A stretch of DNA of 38,478 bases from Chiloscyllium plagiosum (lineage: Eukaryota): positions 25,860 to 64,337 of the forward strand of contig NW_025215136.1 in assembly GCF_004010195.1 (NCBI RefSeq), written 5' to 3'. The notes under the pieces were generated by a model, which searched no databases, was not told the origin of the DNA, and saw nothing but the letters and a program-made list of their open reading frames with translations. How positions within the stretch are numbered: position 1 is the stretch's first letter; every line of letters starts with the position of its first letter. Of this stretch, positions 10,673-22,100 are shown one piece after another. Position numbers and translations under genes: made by a program.

Positions 10673-11254
10673 CAAACCTCCTCCAAAACTACCCCCTTCG
10701 CTATCTCTCTCTCCTTCCCCAAACCCTACACTCCTCTCTATCTCTTTACCCTCCTCCAAACCTTCCACCCATCCCATCTATGTAACTTCCTACAGCCCCT
10801 ACTGCCTTCGCTATCTCTATAACACCCTCCATGCACTGTACCCCTTTTATATCTCTTTAACTTCCTCCAAACCCGACACCCCCTCATCTCCTTAACCCTC
10901 TCCAAATACTGCACCCTTCCCTAGCTCTCTAAACTCATCCAAACACTTCTCCCTTCCCTATCTCTTCAACCTACTCTAGACCCTGCACCACACTCTATCT
11001 CCTTAACCCATTCTAAACCCTGCTCCCCTCCCTATCTTTCTGACCCCTCCAAACCGTAATCCTCTCCCTACTTATCTCAACCCCACCAAACCCTTTCCCT
11101 ATCTGTCTAATCCCTGCACCCTTCCCTATCTCTCTAACTTGCTCCAAACCCTATGCTACTCCGTATCTCTCTCAAAAACTGCACGCCTCCCTATCTCTCT
11201 AACCCCCTCCAAACCTACACATTTCCCTATCCGTCTAACCCCCTCCAATCCGTA
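10673..11254. repeat. Degenerate C/T-rich tandem repeat, ~36-37 bp period
   Basis: Recurring ccctatctctctaaccccctccaaaccct(a/g)cacc motif, e.g. ccctatct near 10956, 11030, 11124, 11190 and 11226; strong pyrimidine strand bias. Confidence 0.8.
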
Positions 11255-11582
11255 ACGTGTCAGCTCGTTCCCTTATCACATCTGTCTGTACGATAATATA
11301 CCCAACCTTAAGGGAAAGCACATCCAGCCTGGAATATAACACCTAGAATACGCTGTACTTCGGAGTTCTTCAGTCATTCACTGCTCGTTATCAAGCTGTA
11401 CAATTCATGAACAAAAACTGTAACTCTGGGACTGAATGAATATTTGTTGAATTGTAATTTCGTTTTCAGTAAATGTATTCATCAAATGCAACTTTCCCCA
11501 ACTGAACAGTCAGCTCTAAATACAACGGGTTTCTGCTGAATAATTGCCTGCTCAGTGTGCAGAGGGGACAGCCCTATGTAAT

Positions 11583-11712
11583 GGAGAAAGTGAGGCCATC
11601 AGATGCTGGTGATCAGAGTCGAAAAGTATGGTGCTGGAAAAGCACAGCATGTCAGGTCGCACTTGAGGAGCAGGAGAGTCAAAAGTTTGGGCATCAGCCT
11701 TTCATCAGGAAG
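11583..11712 (-). mobile_element. Penelope-like-element-derived short repeat with degenerate hammerhead-like motif
   Basis: ggagaaagtgagg...gtttgggcatcagcctttcatcagg; the minus strand carries CTGATGA-AAGGC-TGAT-GCC-CAAAC. Homologous to 6037-6140. Confidence 0.6.
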
Positions 11713-11799
11713 GCATTGGTGCCTTCCCATATTTTCCATTCCATGCTTAACAGGTTATTGGGAACCATATGTGTTCAGGAAAGCACCACTGCATGGAGC

Positions 11800-13187
11800 C
11801 CTGAAATGGAAAGCAGTCAATCAGATGGTTGAACAGCGAGTAGACATGTTGAGGTGAAGTACAGACTGATTGTAATACAAACTTCGGGATAGCTAAAACC
11901 CCGAGTCCAGACGGGATACACCCTGGCTTACTACAGGAAGAGAGGGAAGAGATTACTGCACCTTTGGAGATGGAGTTGCGTCCTCACTCTCCATTGGAAT
12001 AGTGCTCGATGATTGGAGGATGGCAAATGTTACTCCCTTGTTCAGGAAATGAAATAGGGATAATCCTGAGAATTACAGACCAGTCAGTTTACAACAACAT
12101 TGGGCAAAGTTTTGGAGAGGATTCTGAGAGACAGAATATATGATTATTGCAAATGATAGTTTGGTTAGAAATAGTCAGCATGGCGTTGTGAGGGGCAGGT
12201 CATGCCTCACAAAACTTACTGAATTCTTTGAGGATGGGATCAAAATCATTGAAGAAGCGAGAGTAGTGGATGTGGAGTACATGGTATTTAACCAGGCGTT
12301 TGGTAAATTTCCCCATGGTAGGTTCATTCAGAAAGTAAGGACGCATCGGATACAGGGAAACCGGCCTGTCTGGGTTCACAATGGACTGGCCCATAGAAGA
12401 CAGAGGAGGGTGGTAAATGGCAAGTATTCAGTCTGGAGCTCGGTGACCATTGGTGTTCCTTTGGGATCGGTTCTGGGACCTCTGGTGTTTGTGATATTTA
12501 TAAATGACTTCGAGGAGGATGTGGATTATATTTTTTTCAATTTAACAAAGCTTGTTGAAATTATGGGTAGTTGGAGGGCTATTGTAGTTTGCACGGGACA
12601 TTGATAGGATGCTGAACTGGGCTGATAAGGGGCAGTTGGAGTTCAACCTGGAAAATTGTACAGCGATTCAGTTTGGAAGGTCGAAATTGAATGCATAATA
12701 CACGGTTAAATGTAGGATTCATACATTGTGGAGTAACAGTGGGATCTGATGATCCATGTCATAGCTCGCACAAAGCTGCCACCTAGGCTGATAAGGTTCT
12801 TAAGAAGCCGGATGATGTTTTCATTGGCAGGGGGATTGAGTTTAAGTAGTGAGGTTATGCTGCAGCTCTATGGAACCCTGGTAAGATCACGCTTAGAATG
12901 TTGTGTTCCGTACTGGTCGCTTCATTGAAAGCCGTGGAAGCATTGGTGAGCATACTGAGGAAATTTATCAGGACACGAGGGCAGATCTTACTAAGGGAAA
13001 TTCAGGGAACTAGTTTTTTTTTCTCATTGTATCGAAGAAGAATGGAACGTGACTTGATAGAGGTGGACTAAATGATTAGAGGCATAGGTAGAGTGGATTG
13101 CCAGAGACTTTCAAACAGGACGGAAATAGCTATTATGAGGTGGCATGATTTTTAGGTAATTGGAGGAATATAATGGCAAAAATGTCA
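11800..13187 (+). mobile_element. CR1 LINE ORF2 fragment (RT domain), broken
   Basis: KTPSPDGIHPGLL.E.REEI, DWRMANVTPLF, NPENYRPVSL, SQHGVVRGRSCLTKLTEFFED, FGKFPHGRF, GVPLGSVLGPLVFVIFIND (ORF 12140..12604); many stops and frameshifts. Confidence 0.9.
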
Positions 13188-13522
13188 CAATTCCACGTGT
13201 CAGCTCGTTCCCTTATCACATCTGTCTGTACGATAATATACCCAACCTTCAGGGAAAGCACATCCAGCCTGGAATATAACACTTAGAATACGCTGTACTT
13301 CGGAGTTCTTCAGTCATTCACTGCTCGTTATCAAGCTGTACAATTCATGAACCAAAACTGTAACTCTGGGACTGAATGAATATTTGTTGAATTGTAATTT
13401 CGTTTTCAGTTAATGTATTCATCAAATGCAACTTTCCCCAACTGAACAGTCAGCTCTAAATACAACGGGTTTCTGCTGATTAATTGCCTGCTCAGTGTGC
13501 AGAGGGGACAGCCCTATGTAAT

Positions 13523-13652
13523 GGAGAAAGTGAGGGCATCAGATGCTGGTGATCAGAGTCGAAAAGTGTGGTGCTGGAAAAGCACAGCATGTCAGGTCGC
13601 ATTTGAGGAGCAGGAGAGTCAAAAGTTTGGGCATCAGCCTTTCATCAGGAAG
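13523..13652 (-). mobile_element. Duplicate of the PLE-derived short repeat
   Basis: Same sequence as 11583-11712 at +1940 offset. Confidence 0.6.
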
Positions 13653-13739
13653 GCATTGGTGCCTTCCCTTATTTTCCATTCCATGATTAACAGGTTATTG
13701 GGAACCATATGTGTTCAGGAAAGCACCACTGCATAGAGC

Positions 13740-14444
13740 CCTGAAATGGAAAGCAGTCAATCAGATGGTTGAACAGCGAGTAGACATGTTGAGGTGAAGT
13801 ACAGACTGATTGTAATACAAACATCGGGATAGCTAAAACCCCGAGTCCAGACGGGATCCACCCTGGCTTACTACAGGAAGAGAGGGAAGAGATTACTGCA
13901 CCTTTGGAGATGGTCTTTGCGTCCTCACTCTCCATTGGAATAGTGCTAGATGATTGGAGGTTGGCAAATGTTACTCCCTTGTTCAGGAAATGGAATAGGG
14001 ATAATCCTGAGAATTACAGACCAGTCAGTTTACAACAGCATTGGGCAAAGTTTTGGAGAGGATTCTGAGAGACAGAATATATGATTACTTCCAAATGATA
14101 GTTTGGTTAGAAATAGTCAGCATGGCGTTGTAAGGGGCAGGTCATGCCTCACAAACCTTACTGAATTCTTTGAGGATGGGATCAAAATCATTGAAGAAGC
14201 GAGAGTAGTGGATGTGGAGTACATGGTTTTTAACCAGGCGTTTGGTAAATTTCCCCATGGTAGGTTTATTCAGAAAGTAAGGACGCATCGGGTACAGGGA
14301 AACCGGCCTGTCTGGGTTCACAATGGACTGGCCCATAGAAGACAGAGGAGGGTGGTAAATGGCAAGTAATCAGTCTGGAGCTCGGTGACCATTGGTGTTC
14401 CTTTGGGATCGGTTCTGGGACCTCTGGTGTTTTATAAATGACTT
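13740..14444 (+). mobile_element. Duplicate CR1 RT fragment, truncated
   Basis: ORF 14103..14369 SQHGVVRGRSCLTNLTEFFED..., with a TAT to TAA stop at 14367 that copy 1 lacks. Confidence 0.9.
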
Positions 14445-15587
14445 TTATAAATGTCGACACATCTGCCCGCTGGGCCAGGCTCCGACTGAAGATGATTTTT
14501 TTAAAACCTGGTTGCTGGTCAGCCATTGATATCTAAATTGGGCATCATTTGTAGCTACACTGAGACCAGTGATAGTCTGTTAGCGAGCTCCCACCTTTCC
14601 CAGGGTGATTTCCAAATTATATGTTGTGAAGAAATGTTTGACTGACTGCCCTGACCCAGGTTAGAAACTCTTTGCACATTTGTAGGAGCAGGCCAGTGTG
14701 TCACTCAGCATCACAGGCAACTGTGAATTCCAGTAACACTATAAATGATTCCAAATCTTTTGGAAGCCATTTTTAGCGTAGCTCATTGCAACGTGTTGGG
14801 TTTACTGACCCGAACAATAATCAGCTGTTAGCTATGTTTCGTGAATTGGGCAAACATTAGATGTGAAGTATGATTATTCAACTGCACTATAATATCTGAA
14901 AACAATTATGTCGATTCTATATTTATGGGAGTAAAGTATAAAATCCTGTCAAGATTTTGTAACACAAAAATAAAGAATGCACATTTTATTTCATATCAAG
15001 TAAAGAACATGGTACCTGACTGTTATGATCAGAATTATGTATTCAATGTCAGGATTCAAAACAATGCATTGCCACTCTAACATTTTGAAAATCGTAGGCT
15101 TCTGAATGATTACATGTTCGGAGTGAGTAAACGGTTGAACAATCAAATAGAATTAGTGTTCTTATACATTGATTATATATAAATCAGTTTAATTTCTCAC
15201 TGAAATGTACGAGCTTCAGCTAATGTGCAGAAATTTAGAAATGGCAATAATTCAACATGCACTGTAAATGATTCATGTTATCAAATTTGAAAACTTCCAA
15301 TTTTTAGAAAGAATGATACTAAATATGAAATGTGGACAGTGAAAAATAAAGATGTACGTAAAAGTCAGACCTTTTCAAAGAGATTTGTGCCAAAGCAATA
15401 ACATTTGTTTTAGAATCAGAATATAACATTTAAATTATTCATGTTCTGAGTAATAAATAGACTACATAATGAGGCTGACCTTGCAATACTTGCATTTTAA
15501 ATGCTTATCCTGCACCAAATAATCAGATATTTGCGAGCATTTACAATGGGAAATAATCCAATACTGACTTTTACTTGCATCAGACGC

Positions 15588-15990
15588 ATGATAGAGTACA
15601 ACACTTTAAAGTACAGGAGGAGGCCATTGGCCACTGTGTGTGTGCACCAGCTCCAGGAATGTTTTATAAGCACATTCCATTTGCCAGCCTTATCTCTGTA
15701 GCCCATTAAATTCATAATTTCCAATTTTTAATCAAATTCTTGATTGAATCGTCATCTACAACTCTCCCAGGCATTCTATTCCAAATCCTCACAACTCTCT
15801 CAATAAAGAAGTATTTATGTATCTCAGTCCAAGCTCTTTTGCTGACCATCTTGAAATTAGAACTCTTTGATGGTGTAATGCCAACTAACGGAAACAGAGT
15901 ATTCCTGTTTTACTCTTCAACTTTCTTCATACTTTTGAGCACCACAATAAGTTCACATCTTTGTCTGTTCTGCTCCAGGAAGAATAAGCC
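15588..15990 (-). mobile_element. Old CR1 3' end fragment
   Basis: Tail-like 'agtacaggaggaggccatt' followed by antisense CR1 text 'ggcattctattccaaatcctcacaactctc', paralleling 3620-4030 and 970-1180. Confidence 0.6.
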
Positions 15991-15991
15991 T

Positions 15992-16140
15992 TACAAGTAC
16001 TGTAACACACACTACATCGGAAAAACAGGCAGAAAACTAGCTACCTGGATACAGGAACAACAACTAGCCAGAAAAAAGTCATGACCTACTATCACTAGAT
16101 TCTTACATACGGATGAGAAATTATATCATTTTGACTGGGA
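15992..16140 (+). mobile_element. Penelope-like element GIY-YIG endonuclease fragment
   Basis: YKYCNTHYIGKTGRKLATWIQEQQLA, then across frameshifts HDLLSL...HTDE...HFDW. This matches the PLE EN pattern CxxCxxxYIGxTGRxLxxRxxEH...H..FDW. Confidence 0.8.
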
Positions 16141-19100
16141 ACCGCCTCCTACCGCCTCGAACCGCCTCCTACCGCCTCGAACCGCCTCCTACCGCCTCGA
16201 ACCGCCTCCTACCGCCTCGAACCGCCTCCTACCGCCTCGAACCGCCTCCTACCGCCTCGAACCGCCTCCTACCGCCTCGAACCGCCTCCTACCGCCTCGA
16301 ACCGCCTCCTACCGCCTCGAACCGCCTCCTACCGCCTCGAACCGCCTCCTACCGCCTCGAACCGCCTCCTACCGCCTCGAACCGCCTCCTACCGCCTCGA
16401 ACCGCCTCCTACCGCCTCGAACCGCCTCCTACCGCCTCGAACCGCCTCCTACCGCCTCGAACCGCCTCCTACCGCCTCGAACCGCCTCCTACCGCCTCGA
16501 ACCGCCTCCTACCGCCTCGAACCGCCTCCTACCGCCTCGAACCGCCTCCTACCGCCTCGAACCGCCTCCTACCGCCTCGAACCGCCTCCTACCGCCTCGA
16601 ACCGCCTCCTACCGCCTCGAACCGCCTCCTACCGCCTCGAACCGCCTCCTACCGCCTCGAACCGCCTCCTACCGCCTCGAACCGCCTCCTACCGCCTCGA
16701 ACCGCCTCCTACCGCCTCGAACCGCCTCCTACCGCCTCGAACCGCCTCCTACCGCCTCGAACCGCCTCCTACCGCCTCGAACCGCCTCCTACCGCCTCGA
16801 ACCGCCTCCTACCGCCTCGAACCGCCTCCTACCGCCTCGAACCGCCTCCTACCGCCTCGAACCGCCTCCTACCGCCTCGAACCGCCTCCTACCGCCTCGA
16901 ACCGCCTCCTACCGCCTCGAACCGCCTCCTACCGCCTCGAACCGCCTCCTACCGCCTCGAACCGCCTCCTACCGCCTCGAACCGCCTCCTACCGCCTCGA
17001 ACCGCCTCCTACCGCCTCGAACCGCCTCCTACCGCCTCGAACCGCCTCCTACCGCCTCGAACCGCCTCCTACCGCCTCGAACCGCCTCCTACCGCCTCGA
17101 ACCGCCTCCTACCGCCTCGAACCGCCTCCTACCGCCTCGAACCGCCTCCTACCGCCTCGAACCGCCTCCTACCGCCTCGAACCGCCTCCTACCGCCTCGA
17201 ACCGCCTCCTACCGCCTCGAACCGCCTCCTACCGCCTCGAACCGCCTCCTACCGCCTCGAACCGCCTCCTACCGCCTCGAACCGCCTCCTACCGCCTCGA
17301 ACCGCCTCCTACCGCCTCGAACCGCCTCCTACCGCCTCGAACCGCCTCCTACCGCCTCGAACCGCCTCCTACCGCCTCGAACCGCCTCCTACCGCCTCGA
17401 ACCGCCTCCTACCGCCTCGAACCGCCTCCTACCGCCTCGAACCGCCTCCTACCGCCTCGAACCGCCTCCTACCGCCTCGAACCGCCTCCTACCGCCTCGA
17501 ACCGCCTCCTACCGCCTCGAACCGCCTCCTACCGCCTCGAACCGCCTCCTACCGCCTCGAACCGCCTCCTACCGCCTCGAACCGCCTCCTACCGCCTCGA
17601 ACCGCCTCCTACCGCCTCGAACCGCCTCCTACCGCCTCGAACCGCCTCCTACCGCCTCGAACCGCCTCCTACCGCCTCGAACCGCCTCCTACCGCCTCGA
17701 ACCGCCTCCTACCGCCTCGAACCGCCTCCTACCGCCTCGAACCGCCTCCTACCGCCTCGAACCGCCTCCTACCGCCTCGAACCGCCTCCTACCGCCTCGA
17801 ACCGCCTCCTACCGCCTCGAACCGCCTCCTACCGCCTCGAACCGCCTCCTACCGCCTCGAACCGCCTCCTACCGCCTCGAACCGCCTCCTACCGCCTCGA
17901 ACCGCCTCCTACCGCCTCGAACCGCCTCCTACCGCCTCGAACCGCCTCCTACCGCCTCGAACCGCCTCCTACCGCCTCGAACCGCCTCCTACCGCCTCGA
18001 ACCGCCTCCTACCGCCTCGAACCGCCTCCTACCGCCTCGAACCGCCTCCTACCGCCTCGAACCGCCTCCTACCGCCTCGAACCGCCTCCTACCGCCTCGA
18101 ACCGCCTCCTACCGCCTCGAACCGCCTCCTACCGCCTCGAACCGCCTCCTACCGCCTCGAACCGCCTCCTACCGCCTCGAACCGCCTCCTACCGCCTCGA
18201 ACCGCCTCCTACCGCCTCGAACCGCCTCCTACCGCCTCGAACCGCCTCCTACCGCCTCGAACCGCCTCCTACCGCCTCGAACCGCCTCCTACCGCCTCGA
18301 ACCGCCTCCTACCGCCTCGAACCGCCTCCTACCGCCTCGAACCGCCTCCTACCGCCTCGAACCGCCTCCTACCGCCTCGAACCGCCTCCTACCGCCTCGA
18401 ACCGCCTCCTACCGCCTCGAACCGCCTCCTACCGCCTCGAACCGCCTCCTACCGCCTCGAACCGCCTCCTACCGCCTCGAACCGCCTCCTACCGCCTCGA
18501 ACCGCCTCCTACCGCCTCGAACCGCCTCCTACCGCCTCGAACCGCCTCCTACCGCCTCGAACCGCCTCCTACCGCCTCGAACCGCCTCCTACCGCCTCGA
18601 ACCGCCTCCTACCGCCTCGAACCGCCTCCTACCGCCTCGAACCGCCTCCTACCGCCTCGAACCGCCTCCTACCGCCTCGAACCGCCTCCTACCGCCTCGA
18701 ACCGCCTCCTACCGCCTCGAACCGCCTCCTACCGCCTCGAACCGCCTCCTACCGCCTCGAACCGCCTCCTACCGCCTCGAACCGCCTCCTACCGCCTCGA
18801 ACCGCCTCCTACCGCCTCGAACCGCCTCCTACCGCCTCGAACCGCCTCCTACCGCCTCGAACCGCCTCCTACCGCCTCGAACCGCCTCCTACCGCCTCGA
18901 ACCGCCTCCTACCGCCTCGAACCGCCTCCTACCGCCTCGAACCGCCTCCTACCGCCTCGAACCGCCTCCTACCGCCTCGAACCGCCTCCTACCGCCTCGA
19001 ACCGCCTCCTACCGCCTCGAACCGCCTCCTACCGCCTCGAACCGCCTCCTACCGCCTCGAACCGCCTCCTACCGCCTCGAACCGCCTCCTACCGCCTCGA

Positions 19101-22100
19101 ACCGCCTCCTACCGCCTCGAACCGCCTCCTACCGCCTCGAACCGCCTCCTACCGCCTCGAACCGCCTCCTACCGCCTCGAACCGCCTCCTACCGCCTCGA
19201 ACCGCCTCCTACCGCCTCGAACCGCCTCCTACCGCCTCGAACCGCCTCCTACCGCCTCGAACCGCCTCCTACCGCCTCGAACCGCCTCCTACCGCCTCGA
19301 ACCGCCTCCTACCGCCTCGAACCGCCTCCTACCGCCTCGAACCGCCTCCTACCGCCTCGAACCGCCTCCTACCGCCTCGAACCGCCTCCTACCGCCTCGA
19401 ACCGCCTCCTACCGCCTCGAACCGCCTCCTACCGCCTCGAACCGCCTCCTACCGCCTCGAACCGCCTCCTACCGCCTCGAACCGCCTCCTACCGCCTCGA
19501 ACCGCCTCCTACCGCCTCGAACCGCCTCCTACCGCCTCGAACCGCCTCCTACCGCCTCGAACCGCCTCCTACCGCCTCGAACCGCCTCCTACCGCCTCGA
19601 ACCGCCTCCTACCGCCTCGAACCGCCTCCTACCGCCTCGAACCGCCTCCTACCGCCTCGAACCGCCTCCTACCGCCTCGAACCGCCTCCTACCGCCTCGA
19701 ACCGCCTCCTACCGCCTCGAACCGCCTCCTACCGCCTCGAACCGCCTCCTACCGCCTCGAACCGCCTCCTACCGCCTCGAACCGCCTCCTACCGCCTCGA
19801 ACCGCCTCCTACCGCCTCGAACCGCCTCCTACCGCCTCGAACCGCCTCCTACCGCCTCGAACCGCCTCCTACCGCCTCGAACCGCCTCCTACCGCCTCGA
19901 ACCGCCTCCTACCGCCTCGAACCGCCTCCTACCGCCTCGAACCGCCTCCTACCGCCTCGAACCGCCTCCTACCGCCTCGAACCGCCTCCTACCGCCTCGA
20001 ACCGCCTCCTACCGCCTCGAACCGCCTCCTACCGCCTCGAACCGCCTCCTACCGCCTCGAACCGCCTCCTACCGCCTCGAACCGCCTCCTACCGCCTCGA
20101 ACCGCCTCCTACCGCCTCGAACCGCCTCCTACCGCCTCGAACCGCCTCCTACCGCCTCGAACCGCCTCCTACCGCCTCGAACCGCCTCCTACCGCCTCGA
20201 ACCGCCTCCTACCGCCTCGAACCGCCTCCTACCGCCTCGAACCGCCTCCTACCGCCTCGAACCGCCTCCTACCGCCTCGAACCGCCTCCTACCGCCTCGA
20301 ACCGCCTCCTACCGCCTCGAACCGCCTCCTACCGCCTCGAACCGCCTCCTACCGCCTCGAACCGCCTCCTACCGCCTCGAACCGCCTCCTACCGCCTCGA
20401 ACCGCCTCCTACCGCCTCGAACCGCCTCCTACCGCCTCGAACCGCCTCCTACCGCCTCGAACCGCCTCCTACCGCCTCGAACCGCCTCCTACCGCCTCGA
20501 ACCGCCTCCTACCGCCTCGAACCGCCTCCTACCGCCTCGAACCGCCTCCTACCGCCTCGAACCGCCTCCTACCGCCTCGAACCGCCTCCTACCGCCTCGA
20601 ACCGCCTCCTACCGCCTCGAACCGCCTCCTACCGCCTCGAACCGCCTCCTACCGCCTCGAACCGCCTCCTACCGCCTCGAACCGCCTCCTACCGCCTCGA
20701 ACCGCCTCCTACCGCCTCGAACCGCCTCCTACCGCCTCGAACCGCCTCCTACCGCCTCGAACCGCCTCCTACCGCCTCGAACCGCCTCCTACCGCCTCGA
20801 ACCGCCTCCTACCGCCTCGAACCGCCTCCTACCGCCTCGAACCGCCTCCTACCGCCTCGAACCGCCTCCTACCGCCTCGAACCGCCTCCTACCGCCTCGA
20901 ACCGCCTCCTACCGCCTCGAACCGCCTCCTACCGCCTCGAACCGCCTCCTACCGCCTCGAACCGCCTCCTACCGCCTCGAACCGCCTCCTACCGCCTCGA
21001 ACCGCCTCCTACCGCCTCGAACCGCCTCCTACCGCCTCGAACCGCCTCCTACCGCCTCGAACCGCCTCCTACCGCCTCGAACCGCCTCCTACCGCCTCGA
21101 ACCGCCTCCTACCGCCTCGAACCGCCTCCTACCGCCTCGAACCGCCTCCTACCGCCTCGAACCGCCTCCTACCGCCTCGAACCGCCTCCTACCGCCTCGA
21201 ACCGCCTCCTACCGCCTCGAACCGCCTCCTACCGCCTCGAACCGCCTCCTACCGCCTCGAACCGCCTCCTACCGCCTCGAACCGCCTCCTACCGCCTCGA
21301 ACCGCCTCCTACCGCCTCGAACCGCCTCCTACCGCCTCGAACCGCCTCCTACCGCCTCGAACCGCCTCCTACCGCCTCGAACCGCCTCCTACCGCCTCGA
21401 ACCGCCTCCTACCGCCTCGAACCGCCTCCTACCGCCTCGAACCGCCTCCTACCGCCTCGAACCGCCTCCTACCGCCTCGAACCGCCTCCTACCGCCTCGA
21501 ACCGCCTCCTACCGCCTCGAACCGCCTCCTACCGCCTCGAACCGCCTCCTACCGCCTCGAACCGCCTCCTACCGCCTCGAACCGCCTCCTACCGCCTCGA
21601 ACCGCCTCCTACCGCCTCGAACCGCCTCCTACCGCCTCGAACCGCCTCCTACCGCCTCGAACCGCCTCCTACCGCCTCGAACCGCCTCCTACCGCCTCGA
21701 ACCGCCTCCTACCGCCTCGAACCGCCTCCTACCGCCTCGAACCGCCTCCTACCGCCTCGAACCGCCTCCTACCGCCTCGAACCGCCTCCTACCGCCTCGA
21801 ACCGCCTCCTACCGCCTCGAACCGCCTCCTACCGCCTCGAACCGCCTCCTACCGCCTCGAACCGCCTCCTACCGCCTCGAACCGCCTCCTACCGCCTCGA
21901 ACCGCCTCCTACCGCCTCGAACCGCCTCCTACCGCCTCGAACCGCCTCCTACCGCCTCGAACCGCCTCCTACCGCCTCGAACCGCCTCCTACCGCCTCGA
22001 ACCGCCTCCTACCGCCTCGAACCGCCTCCTACCGCCTCGAACCGCCTCCTACCGCCTCGAACCGCCTCCTACCGCCTCGAACCGCCTCCTACCGCCTCGA

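Larger units (their letters stand above)
11255..13194 (+). repeat. Tandem segmental duplication, copy 1 (1,940 bp)
   Basis: acgtgtcagctcgttcccttatcaca... at 11255 recurs at 13195, and near-identical sequence continues for ~1.25 kb. Confidence 0.95.
13195..14444 (+). repeat. Tandem segmental duplication, copy 2 (truncated)
   Basis: Aligns to 11255-~12510 with scattered substitutions and 1-bp indels; ends at tttataaatgactt. Confidence 0.95.

Noticed and set aside
10665..10895. Pro/Ser-rich ORF (extensin-like)
   Set aside because: Simply the translation of the C/T-rich tandem repeat; no gene structure.
16141..16200. Gly-Ser linker coding (GGAGGCGGTTCG) or Shine-Dalgarno AGGAGG on the minus strand, implying synthetic or bacterial origin
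   Set aside because: That frame hits TAG every 20 codons and there is no vector or bacterial context; a coincidence of a G-rich unit.
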